From Amoebophrya sp. A120 (taxonomy: Eukaryota > Protista > Dinoflagellata): a DNA stretch of 64,000 bases. Below are positions 19,446-32,472 of the stretch, one piece after another; position 1 is the stretch's first letter; each line of letters starts with the position of its first letter. The notes below the pieces were generated by a model. That model saw only the letters and a program-made list of their open reading frames with translations, did no database searches and was not told where the DNA came from. The stretch is from assembly GCA_905178155.1 (NCBI GenBank), contig CAJINV010000001.1, positions 5,002,747-5,066,746 of the forward strand. Reading direction: 5' to 3'. A program made the translations under genes and the position numbers.

Positions 19446-21133
19446 CTACCGCTCCCTCAACAGAGAAACGGATATTTTTACAGAAGAAATTTGTCTGTGA
19501 TACACCGTGGAGACTGAGGACAGCGTTGGGAAGGTTTCCGAAGTCATCCGCAGGTCATGATCTTCATCGTCTTGTTCCGCCGTCGCTTTTATCAATCGCA
19601 AACATGTCTGGGTCTGGGTGATTCTGAGACTAGTCATGCACGTTTTGCATGAGCCATGATGTCTCGTCTGCGATGCATGCTCGAGCATCACAGATTTTTC
19701 GAGGGCTTCTTGATGCCTACTCCGCATGAAAATAAATGCCTTCTCCTCCGCGTAGCACAAATTAGATTCCTTTTGCTGCTCATGCAGTACAGATTTTCAT
19801 TTTTTTGGAATCCAAATGCAGCAGCGCAAGTCCTCGTATTCTTCCAGACCCAGACACGTTTGCGATCGATAGCCTTCGCGGCAGCTTCGGCACTGACGCT
19901 GGTGCTGCTTCCGCCACAGGAGCCCCCGAGGCAGCCAAGACGGGAGGTAGTACTCGAGGACGCTGCCTCGGCTTCAGCCGCCGCGCTGCTGGTACTACCT
20001 CCGCCGGCGCCGGTGTGTTCTTCACCTCCATTTTCCGAGGCGGATGCGGGCAGCGGGCCGAGCACCGAATCGCCGCCGCCGCTGGTCAGCGCAGGCAGCA
20101 CTTCGTCGCCGTCGGAGACCGAGGAGAAGTTTTCGGCAGACGCGGAGGCGGTCGCGGAGGCCGCGGCCCGCTTCGCGCGGCCCCCACGCTTCTTCTTGCC
20201 CGTCGTGCAGCCGCCGGCCCCGCAGGAGGCCCCCGCGCGCCGGTTCTTCTTGTTCCGACTGCCGCGACGACCACGCTTGTTGGAGGTCGTCCCCCGGACC
20301 GTCTTCCGTTCTTTCGTCGCAACGGCAACCCCTTCTTTGGTTCCCGTTCCCACGCGTCCTTCCTTCACCTCCAGCGCAGAGAACAACTGCGTAGGAGGAG
20401 CACCCGCGGAGGTCGGGTTTTGATCATCTTGCAGCTCACCTCCGGGTGGATGAATTCCAGCACCGAGAGCCCCGCCGCCCGGGATCATCGTGGGAGAAGT
20501 TGTCGGCAGAGGATCACCGCCGGCACCGTCGGTGGCGGGAAGATGTTCTTGAACAGGAGCAGCCTGCTCCGTCTGCAGCATGATGCCGGCTTCACCCGAT
20601 TGATGTTCGTCCGAGGATGCAGCAGGAGTCGCAACCTCGTCGCCCATGTTGACGGAGGATGAATCCGCAGGCTCTTTAGCCGCATCTTCGACCACATCAT
20701 GTTGAACACGATCGACTTCGTCGACGACTTGCTTGCGCTGCAGGAAGCCCCCGCCGGGAGAGGACGAGGAGGGGGCCATGTGGTCCTTGAGTCCCTCGAA
20801 CAAGTTGTCCAGCAAGCCTCCAGCGACGTTCTTGTTCGCGGCCCCACGAGGCGCCATGAAGCCCGCAGTAGCGGAGGTGGTGGGCGCAGCGGCAGCGATC
20901 GTCTCGGCGTCGTTCTTGTTTAACACATCCTGGCCGCCCACTTCGTCCACGACCTTCTCCGTCGTCGTCCCCTCCGCCGGGGGGAGGGCAGCTCCCGGAG
21001 TGGTTTCGGTCTCGCCCTCCGCTGATACCGCGACCACGGCCCCGGGCGCGGCCTGCTGGTGGTCCACGAGCTCGGCCGCGGCCGTCGTCGCCCAGTAGAG
21101 CGACCCCGCGATGAACTTTTTACAGCCCACCAT
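19446..21133 (-). CDS. Hypothetical low-complexity protein with a signal-peptide-like N terminus
   Basis: Long ORF from MVGCKKFIAGSLYWATTAAA. Removing the 19590-19871 element continues the frame as AAAKA|TAEQDDEDHDLR. Confidence 0.6.
19590..19871. mobile_element. Introner, family 1 (282 bp), TSD GCTTT/GCCTT
   Basis: TIRs tatcaatcgcaaacatgtctgggtctgg / ccagacccagacacgtttgcgatcgata, with a 4/5 direct repeat. Confidence 0.9.
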
Positions 21134-22221
21134 GATGCAGGATGTAGTTGTGTTGTTCCTCGTGCGAGTTGTTCTACTTCGTTCTGCTGCTGCTCGTCCA
21201 CGGAATAAAGTAGAGGACGTTTTGTTTCCAAAACACAAGTTTTTCGAGATGTTTTTCGCTTGTTGAAAGAGCTTCTCGTCGGATTGAAGTTGCTCTCGTT
21301 CACGTTCTTGTTTCCGATTTGTTTTCGCAACGCCTTATTTCGCGTCGATGCTTCTCGTGGTCCTTTTGTTGCAGCCTTTCTTGTCGGAAAGCGAATTACG
21401 CGGTGTGCTGTGCAGTTGCAGTTGCAGATGCTTGTTGCTGTTCGACGTAAGTGTAGTTGTAGCGTAGAAGTGCTTCTAAAAGACCTCCACACAGGCACTG
21501 GTTGTACTGCTCGTCCTCACAAGAAGTTACTTAAGCACCGAGATGTCTTCAGTCCTTCTTTTTCTTCGCCTCCTCGTTGCGAGCCTGCTCCAAGAAATAC
21601 AACAGTGAGAAAAGCATTTTCAAGATGATGCTGAAAGTTATTTGTGAACGTTGGCTTCTTGTTGTAGTTTAGATGAACGTCTGCACTGAGTTCCTTTGTT
21701 GTGTCTTGTTGGCAATATTAGCGTTGCCAACAAGTTGCTTTAGTCGTCGTAAGTGTCTCCTTCACAAGACGAGATCCAAGAATAGTAGAAGAGGTGTACT
21801 ACGAGCGCTTCTCTTCAGATGTAGTAAACCTTACGAGTCTTGATTTGTTCAACAAGACGAATCAGTCAGACTTCTTCTGCTTTGTTGAGTGGACGTTGTT
21901 GTGAATACTGAAGGTAGAAGTTTTGCAAAAATCTTCTTTAAGTTTAATTCGACAGCAGATTAAAACTGAGGAAGTTGTTGAGTGTAAACGTGCACAAGAC
22001 GGGGAGTCATGCACACCACATTCAACCTGGAAGGCAAAATGATCGCAAACCTTGTTAAGTTTCTTCTAGTTCGTTGTACAACCGGAGCTTTCATCGCACC
22101 AAAGGCACAAAAAAGATTTAAGTTGCAAAAAGCCGAGGACGTATCAGTTGTTGCACCGCAATTTTTGCACGACAAACGACATCCATGCTTGGAGACAAGC
22201 CTGGGCACAGAACGATACGCG

Positions 22222-22294
22222 CCGACCGCAGCACGAGCAACCGACGCGATTAAGCATACGCACCGACCGCAGCACGACCAACCGACGCGATTAA
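22222..22294. repeat. Two-copy 41-bp-period tandem repeat
   Basis: ccgaccgcagcacga(g/c)caaccgacgcgattaag occurs twice. Confidence 0.7.
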
Positions 22295-22952
22295 GTAGCA
22301 CAGAGAAGCTCCACCTAAGATAATTCGAACTACACAGATTGCAGCCTCTTAAAAGTGTGGGCCGTGGGACTTTCTTTGCATTTAACATACGTGAACGTCG
22401 TGTCTTCGGACGAACTAGCACGAGTAGTATCTTCTGCTCCATCTGTTCTTTATTTTCAGCACCCGATCAAATTGGCATTGCACGAAGGAACCGAAGATTT
22501 AGATTCTTGAAGCCGTTGTAGGCGGTACGAATTGCAGTTTGTCCACAAAAATTTTGCACATAGAGGCACTTCGTTCTCTACTCCTGCGGCAATGGGAAGG
22601 ACGCTACGACACCGAGAGTTCGTGACACCAATTTTTCTTAAACCACTGACCGACGGTTGTACGCTAGAGAGAAAAGTAAAAGACCGAGTTAATACATCTC
22701 GTTGTGACGCTAGCTAGTACACAACGATAACAGCTAATATTGTCGCTGGAGTTGTACTAGCAAATGAGAGACGCAGACCGAGCATCTACTTCATGTTAAT
22801 TAGAGATGACCGAGTCGATATAGCGATTCAAAAAAAGCGCAGGTCAGAAGATGAAGAAGAATGAACATCATCAATTCGCATCCCTTAGTGGATGCGGAAA
22901 ACTGCGAAAATAAAAGCTCAACAAAAAACTACGCAGGAGCCGCAAATTCCTT

Positions 22953-25900
22953 TCAAGCCAAAGCCTGGCGTTTGTTCATGTGCACTTGTACGTCTAGTCT
23001 CACGGGAAAAATGCCACGAAAGGCGTTGAAGGCAACGCAGCGCAACTGCCGTGGCCTAGCTGTATCGCAGTTTCGGTTTCCTCCAGCAGTTCTTTCCGCG
23101 TTCCCATCCCAACCTGCGCTCCTGCACAGGTCGCCGACGGTAAGAACCTGTTCTCGAATAAGTTGTAACCGCAGCAAATGGGATCGAACAACCCACCATC
23201 CTAGGTAAAATCATTTCCATCGTCAGCAATTCGCAATTTTTCAGTATCATGCATGCGCTAGAGCGAGAGGGACGAGAATCTAAAAGCATGTAAAAGTAAA
23301 CAATAATATAAGTACAAACAAATGCATACCATATCATGAAGAGGTACTCGCTGTCTTCATATCAGACATAGAACGGCAATTTCTTTATGTAGTTGTTCTT
23401 GCTCTTGGTTCATTATGGCATGCAGACATTGCCATGGGAAAGCAGTGACGCTGAAAATGGCAATTTATCCGGCGATATTCCAGGCAGGAGACCACTACGC
23501 AATGGCGGCGTTATCCAGAGACCGGGACGAATCTCAAAAGCCACGTTGGCAATGGTAAGTTCCGTCACCTCGCCACGTAAGTTGTACAGGAGAGCAGATT
23601 CTATTTCTTGAGAAGCGCTTAGCGTTGCATTTGTGGCCTGATCATCGACATCCTCCATAGCCCCTTCAGGCTGGCTTCCGCTTGTTTTGGCTCCTTCGGC
23701 TTTCGAACTACTTGAACTATCATTCCCACTACCACGCAGACCATTTGCGTCATCGTTATTATCATTTCCACCGGTTCTGCATTCTTTCTCGTGTCGACGA
23801 CGAGGGAGCTGATTCAGTATTTCATCTCGCACTCGCTGCAGACTCCGGTCGTAGAGCGGCCTGCCTTCTAGTGCCTTGCTGTACATTTCATACCGATCGG
23901 TCCGTGTTGGACTCACGTCGAGCGCTACCCTCATAAACCCAGTACGAGGTTCTTGGGGAGAGCGTTTATTTTCAGGTTCAAAGCAGTTTTCTCGGCGCCT
24001 TTGACTCACTCTTCCGTTACCGCTGGTCGAAGGTTCTGTACATCTATACCACATCTCCAAAAGTAGAGCATCTATATTATCAGCACAAGAAAAATCAGAA
24101 GACTTGTTCTGCGATGCTGCAAAGCACATCAGTTGAAAAATCGCGGTGACATCCCATGCGGACGGCAGACCGGACTGCGGTACTGGGAAAGCTTCGATTT
24201 TCATCCCGTTTGATGTCACCGCATGCTGATGTCCTCTCATCGCGATGTTTCTTGCACTAGATCCATCAGTTTCCACGTCGACCACGCCCGCAGATGCATC
24301 ACTTCGTAGAACAACCCTTGTTCCAGCATCCTTGTTTTCCGCACCTGCGACTGAGTCCGATTGAAGAAACGAAGACCCCAAGACCGATACCTTTACTCGA
24401 AAAGCACGCACTTGCGGGAGCAATGCAACTGACTGTTCCTCATCAGGTTTTCTTTTCGTTTTTGTCATGTCGTCGTTATCATCGCCAACGACTGCCCGTT
24501 GGGGGGCGATTTTTCTCCTACGATCTTCTTCAATCTGAGAGAGGGCTGTCTTCTTGATTGCGTCCAAGAGTGCTTCCGGCGTGCGGAGTGGATCGGGAAG
24601 CGTTCCGCGGGCCCCCTCGCAGAGGCGCGCCCAGTGGTCGCGAAGAAAAGGGACGAAAGACGAGGCATTTTGCGGAAAGTACAGAAACAACAGTGTGGTG
24701 AAAATACCGCAACATGGGGACGATACAACTGGTCGTGGGCATAATTCTTGTTTGGTGGTCTGCACCTCATCTACTTCATCTTCCCGCTTCGTCCTCGTCC
24801 CGCTGGAGAAATGGGAATGCATGCCCTCTCCTTCCTCTCGTCCTCGTACTTCTCGTTGATGGCGGCAGTCCACGTATTTGAGCTTGAGTCGACCATGGCC
24901 TTGATGATGATTACTTGTAGTTCTTCCGTTTGTAGTTCCACACGGAAACGAAGGCGGGTCGTCCTCGCATTTCATTTTCATCGTGCTCGCCCACAACGAA
25001 GTCACCTGCTGCAGTACGCGCCCTTTGAGCAACATTTCATCGTACTCGTCACTGGCATCTGACAGCACGGTGACCGCTCCCCCAGCGTTGGCTCGGACGG
25101 TGAAGACCACGACATCCTGGCGCCTGTGCTGCACCGCGTCTGGGCCACGACGATCTCGTGGTGAAGGAGGGAAGAGTTGTCGTTGATGCTGGGCTTCTAC
25201 TGCATGAAGATCCTCATCATCTTGTTCACTCTTTACTTTGCTTGACACAAGTTTTGAAGAGAAGGAGGAACTACAAACTGTACCGGCAGATTTCGGGGGC
25301 GGCCGCGGCGCAGCAGTACAATGATCAATGCTCGTCTCGACCATCAAAGTTCGGATGACGACGCTGAGCTCGCAGCACTCCCCGAGCCCAATGAAGCCGA
25401 GACAGCCGCTGTAGAGTCCGCGCTCCCGCCCGCCCTCGAGCGCATCCAGGAGCTCGCAACTGCGCTTCTTGGGGGCCCCGGTCATGCTGCCCGGCGGGAA
25501 GCAGGCCGCCACAGTCGGCAGCACGCTTCTAGAGGTCGTGTTCCGCTCATCTGATGTACAACTAGTTGTGCTTCGTCTTTGTCCTGCGCACTTGCCGCGC
25601 ACCGTGGACACCAACTGGTGCACGGTCTGGTAGGACTCGACGTGCATCAGGTTGGGGCAGTGCACTGACCCCGGTTCGCAGACCTTGGCCAGGTCGTTCC
25701 GCACCAGATCGGCAATCATCAAGTTCTCTGCCCGGTTCTTCCGATCATGCTGCAGCCAGTGCCGCAGCGCCTCGTCCTCCTCCGCAGAGTCGCCCCGCCG
25801 CGCAGTGCCCTTGATCGGCTTCATCTCCGCCCAGCCGGCAAGGTCCACCTTGAGAAAACGCTCCGTATCAAATGTAAAAATGTCTGGGTCTGGAAGATTC

Positions 25901-28900
25901 TGAGACTTGTCATGCATGTTTTGCCTGGGCCATCATGTCTGTAATGCATGCCCTAGCATCACAGATTTTTTGAGGGCCTCGCGATGCCTATTCCGCATGA
26001 CAAATGCCCTCTCCGCGTAGCAAAAATTACACGCCCTTTGCTGCTCATGCTGCAATACAAATTTTTTTGGAATCCAAATTCAGCATCACAAGTTGCATTC
26101 TTCCAGACCCAGACATATTTGCATTTCATACTCCGGCGAGGAGGACAAAACGTGCAACACACCACTGGTCTCAATTCTCACACTGGTGAGGCGGCACTCT
26201 TTGGCGCTAGATGAGGATGAGGTCGTACTAGGCTTTGATGGAGCTCTTCCGTAGTGGAAGAGGTCGTGCCTCTCTTGCTCATGTTGCCGGAGATGACTTT
26301 TAAGCCCTAGCAAAGGAACTTCGAGATAGCAGCCGTAGGGGGCGGGGTTCTTGCGGCGCAGTCGGCTGTACAGAGCGAAGGGATCATGATCAAGAGAACC
26401 ACCCACTGGAAGATCATGCTGCTGCTGGTCGTGGTCACCATTGTTACTAGAATTATGTGGATGTTGCTCCTGAGTCGTGCAGCACGCCTGATTTTCGGGA
26501 GAAGCTACTCCAGCACACGACCACGGTGTGGTGATATGGAGTTCTCAAATGTTACAATTACATTCTCAACTGTTACATGATTTGTCATGCAAAACTACCA
26601 TTATCATCTACACGATCAAGCTGTTCTGCATGACAAATTCTGGAAGGGCCAAACAGGCTGACAATCTGTGCCAAATCTGTCATGCAAGACGCGCAATGCC
26701 CCCCCTTTCATTTTTCCCATTCTTGCATCACAAATCCATGTAACAGTTGAGAATGTAACGTTTGAGAACGCCGTAGGTGAGGCAGAGTTCGTAGGAGTCT
26801 CCGGCGAGCAGATGTTGTCGGCAGGCCTCAACTATCAACTGTAAAAATGTCTGGGTCTGGAAGAATCCAACTTGTCATGCTAATTTTGGATTCTAAAAAA
26901 ATCAGTGTTGCATGAGCAGCAAAGAGAGTCCAAGTTTTGCTACACGGAAAGAGCATTTGTCATGCGGTATAGGCATCAGGAAGCTCTCACAAAATCTGTG
27001 ATGCTAGGGCATGCGTCACAGGTATCAGGAGTCATGCAAAATATACATGACAAACCTGGCAATCTTCCAGACCCAGACATTTTTACATTTGATATCAACC
27101 CTTTCCTGGTAAACTGCTCTCTCGACCACCGGGGAGATCTTCCACATGTCGCAAGTAGAATTGGTGGTCACGTTTTCTGCGTTTTTCTCTGCCGGTTTTT
27201 GTGAGGCCAGATCCAGATGAACCGTTGCTGGAAGACTTTGGCCCTCCTGTTGTTCGTCGTCGAGTTTGTTGTTGCTCATGATCGACGCACGGCCGCGCTC
27301 CACAAGTTTCTCGAGGGTCCCAGCTGGATAAGCTTTTCCGAGCGAAAGCAAATACATCTCTCCACTGGCATGATCGAGCACCACACAGCGTGTCACGTAG
27401 GACCAGAAAGCGTCCGGCTCCTCTCGTCCCGCATTCTTGATGTGCGATCCCCGCGTAGATGCGGTGCGATGATTTTCGCTTTCCGCCCCCGGCTGTTCGG
27501 ATGAAAATTTAGCCTCTCCTTGAGCTTGTTGAGCGGCCATCTTTCGTATGTTGCTAAAGTCGTAGCCTGCAAGTGTCTCAGTTCGCAACCCATAGCCAAA
27601 GTAGCCCACGAAACCACATCTGAAGTCAAACGGAAGACGCTCGTTGCTTTCAGCACTTCCTGCGCCAACAATTTCCGGCTCAGTGAGGTGTCCGAGGCGA
27701 TGAGTAAAGTCCTCAAACCATGGGAGAAAACCATCGTCGACAGGTTCCACCTTTCTACTCGAGTTTGTGGTAGATCTAGTTTCAACGTCCGGCACGGTTT
27801 TATTTCCTGGCGCATCGCTTGAATCGGCTCTTGCGCCGACAGTGTATACGTCTGCGACACATCTTTCGTGGTCTGTCCGCCGCTGGACATAAGCTGTCCC
27901 GGTGCTACTTTTGCAGCAGCGGCTTTTGGTCATCGCGCCTCTTGCAGGAAGCAGCTGCTCGGGGTTCCGATGATACCAAACTAGGTATTCCTCTGAAGCA
28001 GGCACTGGATTATCCGCGGCCCGCGGCGGCCCCAATTCGTGGTCCGCCCCCTCTGGTGCAATAGTTGTACAACTCCCTCTTATCCAACAAGGCTCCTTGC
28101 TTATGCATTCGTCCAGAAGCTCCGCAAAGTAACCTCCTCCCATGTAGGAAAAGCCACGAGCCGGTGCACACCTGAACGACGACGAGGTCGAGAAATTATA
28201 AATGTTCGCTGTTGACGTCGATCCAGATCCTTTCTCGGCAAGCGCATTGTCGAGCCAGAACCGTGGCCAGGGCGTGGAGGGCAGCGGATCATCATCCGAA
28301 GTTTCTACTTCTGTCAGCACATCACGACCTGCAGAGTCCTCCTGCAGGTAGTCGTTGGGACGACTACTAGAGTTGGTTTCGTTTCGTCCAGCCAAGGTTT
28401 CTTGCGGCGATGAACGACCACCGGGAACTACAGCAGAATGGGTTCTGCTTCTCGTGATGTAGTCAAAAAATTGCTCTGTATCCAGGTCCGCCGGCGTTGC
28501 CATTTTCTGTACGTAGAGGTGTGGTCGAGCAGGGGGTGCGGTTTCTCTGTCCGTGCGGCTCGGGCTTGCCGGAATCTGATTGTGTTCTTCACAAAGAATC
28601 TTCATCTTGTTTTCGTGTGACTGTGATCTTTGTAATGCATCCCCTCCTGCTGCTGCGCCGTTCTTCACTTCATCGACCGCGTCCAGCAGTTGTTCGTTGT
28701 CACTGCACGAAGTACTTGTTGTGAGCGAGGCCGAGGGAGCAGGGGACAGTGGCACCGCCGCAAGCCGAGCGCGTTGACCATCAACAGAATAAAAATCACA
28801 GGAGTTTTCTTTCTGCTGCATCTGGTCAGCACTAGAGCCCAGCACAAGAGCTTGCGGTTTGTATTCGTCCACAACATTCTTGCCAGAAGCGCCGGCCGCA

Positions 28901-31524
28901 GTACCGGTTGTAGCAGAGAGGGATATGATGTCCGGTCTGCAATCCCCGGCTACATCTGCGCTTGGCGGAACAACAACAAGTGCTTTCTCATCGTCATTAT
29001 CCTGGTGGGAAAAGATTATCGCATCGTTGTTTGTTCTCGGAACAAAACTTCTACCTGCCGCAGTGCTTGTACTTCTTGCGCTCCTGCAATGTCGCGCTAT
29101 GCGCAAGAAGTTTCCGACAATGCTGACGCCACGCTCCGTCGAGATCGATTCCGGGTGAAACTGCACTCCGTAATGCGGCTGGTCCGGAATCTTGGCAGCC
29201 ATGACAAGCTGCCGGTCGACGGTGGTCGCCAAAACTTGGATCCTGCGGTCAGCTTGCGCATCCGCGACTCGCGCGGCCAGACTGTGGTACCGGACCACCG
29301 AAAACCGCTCGTCCTCGTGTACTCGATGTTCAGCTTCACGACATGTTTATGGACGGACACAATACCGCTGCGGTACCATCGCGACTTCGCTCATGATCGA
29401 AAAAATGTTGCGATCATGAGCGAAAAACATAGCAAAAAAGGGCGACGAATCGCGACGGTGGTGCTCTGTTTGTGGGTTTTGGTATCATCGCGCGGCCACC
29501 AGTGGCGCACTTTCAGTAGCTGACAGGCCGCCGCTTTTGCGTGGTGAGACAGGCGTTGCGCGTCTTGCCCCCAGACACGCGGATAAAGGTGAGCCCGGCT
29601 CGCAGCGTTGGCGCCCTTCCGCCCCGGAAGGGCGCAGTCCGGCAGCCCAAGTACTGGCGGGCGTTTCTAAAATGCCTGGAACCGTTGGGCGGTGCATCGC
29701 TAGCGGGCCTCAGCAAGCCGGAGCGTAGTGGCCCTGTTTCTCTTGAAAGAAGGGTGAAGCCTGTGCTGCCAGCGCCGGCTCGGCCGGCCGCGGAAATTTG
29801 ATTGTGCGTCCACGCACGCGCTGCAGAGCCCCGCGCACACACCGCGACCCTCTGCGAAGCGCCGGCGCCGTTGGCCTGTGTGCCGGCCTGTGCGATTTTT
29901 TGGTATGCAGCCAGCGGCCACAGAGCCGTTGCTGTGTGCAGCCAGCGCCACAGAGCCCGCCCTCCATCGCCGGAAGGGGGCGGGACCACAGCCATTTTGC
30001 CGCCCCCCCTTTATCCCGCAGGCCCATGCCCGCGCGACGAGCAGTCCGCGCCATGAATCGGGCTGCCACCGCAGCGGCTTTCCAGGCCGGCCGCATCCAG
30101 CCAGCGGCAGACCACACACAGGGGCGCAGCGCCCGCCTGCCTTTTTCTGTACCTTGTGCCGGCCGCCCGCGCTCACCACACACGGGCAGCATTCTCGAAC
30201 GGGGCCGAGGGCGCCGGAGCTGTTGCGCTGGCCACGCGTGCAGCTTCGCAGCGGCGTGGGCGTTGCAGCAGCACCGCGAGGCGTAGGTGTAGTCGGCCCC
30301 TTGCCTGCGATGCGGCAATGAGCGGTCTCCATGGGTGTGCCTGTGGTGGTGGCTTCGCTGGTTCTGGTAGCTAGTTTTGAGATTGGGGGCGCAGCGTTTG
30401 GGGATTGCGCCTAGCTTGCGTGGCCGTGTCCCCACCCCACCCAGGTGCGATTAGTTAGACGCAACAGCCAGCCCGCATTGCGAATTGCCTGGGCTTGTGG
30501 GGCCGGTCCGGCGGCGTGGGACTTACTCGCCCGGTGTGCGAAACCGTTCGGCGCCATGTGCTGCCCCCACGGATCTAGCTCGATGTCGGTGGCTGTGGCA
30601 TCGTGATTGCGCGCGGCTCCCGGCACTACTGAACGAGCCCACTTTTCGATCATGATCGAACTCGCGATGGTACCGCAACGGATGAGTGTCCATCCATATC
30701 GATGGATCCTCGTGTACTCGATGTTCAGCTTCACGACATGTTGAACTTTTTGCTGAAGGTACTATGCCGTTTGGTCTGCTGGTGGATATAGCTCCTGACG
30801 TGCTGGAAAGTAGCGGAATGTAGTTATCTTCACCTCCCCCAAAGCATGATGTGTCGTCCTCCTGCTGTCTTATGCATATTATCTCGTCGACGAGCCCGTG
30901 CGCCGGCGTCGCCTTCACAACAGCCACCCCTTGCGAACGACACAGAATCTGCAAACCCAGACAGACGCCAAGGACTGGAATTTGCGATGCTCGAGCAGTG
31001 TGTAGCAGGCGATCCGTCGGCGTGGCTTGTCCTGCGGAATCTTCACTCTGAAAAAAGACGTCTGCATCTACTCCGTCCTCTCCCTCAGAAGTAGTTGTCC
31101 CCGCCGGTGCAGGGCCAGATCGTTTCTCGCGTGTTGCTCTGGTCGAAACAGCAGCTGAAACATACTCATCGGGATGTCCTGGTCCCGGAGAAAGCACAAC
31201 CGCATCAAAATCTCCCAAGGAGTAGGTTTTGTAGTCTTCCGCGTCGCCCTCTTCATTTCGAACTACACCCGGCGCTTGCCCTCCTTGGTCTATCTCCCCT
31301 TGGTTCCGAGCATATTCGTAGTTCTCTTTCGTGCTCCTCTGGTCTGTCGTGAACCTCGACGACGATTTTTCTACAATAAACCGAAACTGATCGTGGTACA
31401 CACAGACGGGTTTCTCGCCGGTGAGGCAATGAATCAGGTCCACCAGGTTGTACGTGTAGGAATCGTAGTAGTCAAGAACTAGAACGCGCAGACCCAGCGC
31501 GGGACAGCACGGCGTGGAGGTCAT
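22953..31524 (-). CDS. Trifunctional aminodeoxychorismate synthase/lyase (PabA glutamine amidotransferase + PabB chorismate-binding domain + PabC class IV aminotransferase-like lyase), multi-exon
   Basis: PabA: LDYYDSYTYNL, LSPGPGHP, GVCLGLQ, VVRYHSL, GVQFHPES. PabB: GFVGYFGY, AGDSYELCLT, NPAPYG, SSPERFL, MKPIKGT, KNRAENLMIADLVRNDL, FPPGSMTGAPK, RGLYSG, AGGAV. PabC: YSKALEGRPLYD, LLYNLRGEVTELTIANV, WITPPLRSGLLPG, VRSHLL...EQVLTVGDL...FNAFRG. Confidence 0.9.
23218..23477. mobile_element. Degenerate introner-like TIR element in the last intron of the pabABC gene
   Basis: Weak inverted repeats catcgtcagcaattcgcaatttttcag / ctgaaaatggcaatttatccggcgata. It interrupts the lyase domain after GLLPG. 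No clean TSD. Confidence 0.5.
25866..26130. mobile_element. Introner, family 1 (265 bp), TSD CTCCG
   Basis: TIRs tatcaaatgtaaaaatgtctgggtctggaag / cttccagacccagacatatttgcatttcata. Exact removal rebuilds the conserved PabB motif SSPE|RFL. Confidence 0.95.
26535..26775. mobile_element. Introner, family 3 (241 bp), TSD GGTGA
   Basis: TIRs tatggagttctcaaatgttac..attctcaactgttacatg / catgtaacagttgagaatgtaacgtttgagaacgccgta. Removal gives YELCLT|TPW in frame with DPFALYSRLRRKNPAPYG. Confidence 0.92.
26833..27094. mobile_element. Introner, family 1 (262 bp), TSD TCAAC
   Basis: TIRs tatcaactgtaaaaatgtctgggtctggaag / cttccagacccagacatttttacatttgata. Removal gives YQERV|EACRQHLLAGDSYELCL. Confidence 0.95.
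29348..30698. mobile_element. Long (1351 bp) TIR element inside the PabA domain, flanked by a 36-bp direct repeat
   Basis: ~60-bp TIRs tatggacggacacaataccgctgcggtaccatcgcgacttcgctcatgatcgaaaa / ttttcgatcatgatcgaactcgcgatggtaccgcaacggatgagtgtccatccata. Direct repeat tcctcgtgtactcgatgttcagcttcacgacatgtt at 29312-29347 and 30707-30742. Confidence 0.9.
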
Positions 31525-32472
31525 GGTTCGAGAAAATCTTCTTCGAGGGTTTACTTATTTCGCGCCGAATGGAAACGGAGGAGAGCATGCACCCGCTCGT
31601 TTTGCGTTATTTTCCCGGTCGTCGACCACCTCCCACTGGTCCATTTCACCTGCTTACTGCCACGACGAGTTACAGTTCTAGTTCTTCGTTGAAAAGTAGA
31701 AATCCACGACGACCATTTTCTGTGACAGACTGGTGTCAAGAAACAACTCTTGTTCACTACGTAAAGATATAATTTGTGCTAGATTGATTCGTGGTGTAGT
31801 TCTGTAGTTGAGAAACAATTGATGCTTTTCCCACTATACACTTACCACTTACACGACGCAGCGCCGAAGTGACCTGTACTTCTAGAGACTTGGAAAAATG
31901 GTGGAGATTGAATTGCAACAAATTCAAATTGTACCAAGTAGAGGAAGAATCACGACAAGGACAACAGTAAAGAGGGAGCTATTTGAATTTGCATATGATT
32001 CGCATCCATTATAATCGCCAGTTGTACTACTAGTCGCTGTCTTTTTATTGTTCCGGTTCCATCACTCTATCGGAGTCGGACAAAAAGCGACGACCACAAT
32101 AATTTTCACAATGATGATATACGTTGGACGACCAAAACGGCAACGGCCTGAAGCGGACAAAATGCGGCTAGGTTACGGCGCTTGAGATCAACCCTACAAT
32201 TATCACAACCGCAGATACGCAAAAGGTTGAGGTTCTACAACACGAAGACAACGACGAGGAAGATAGTACCAGTCTTGCGCTTTCCATCATGGTCACCCAG
32301 TAGCAGAAGTGCGAACGGCAATCATTGAAATATACAGCTTCACGCATCGCCATGAAGATCGTCACACTTGTACTTGTTCCATCACATTCACAAACGTGGT
32401 GTCAACTACTACATCAACTGCCTTTCTTCTTGTTGAGACGACAGGATCCATCGGTTCCACGCGAGTCACATC

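Noticed and set aside
21705-21734. 11-bp hairpin cttgttggcaa/ttgccaacaag as a terminator or element end
   Set aside because: Short and isolated in a eukaryotic intergenic region, with no supporting context.
29513-30435. ORFs inside the 1.35-kb TIR element as a transposase
   Set aside because: Overlapping GC-driven ORFs on both strands with no DDE, HUH or tyrosine recombinase motif recognisable by eye.
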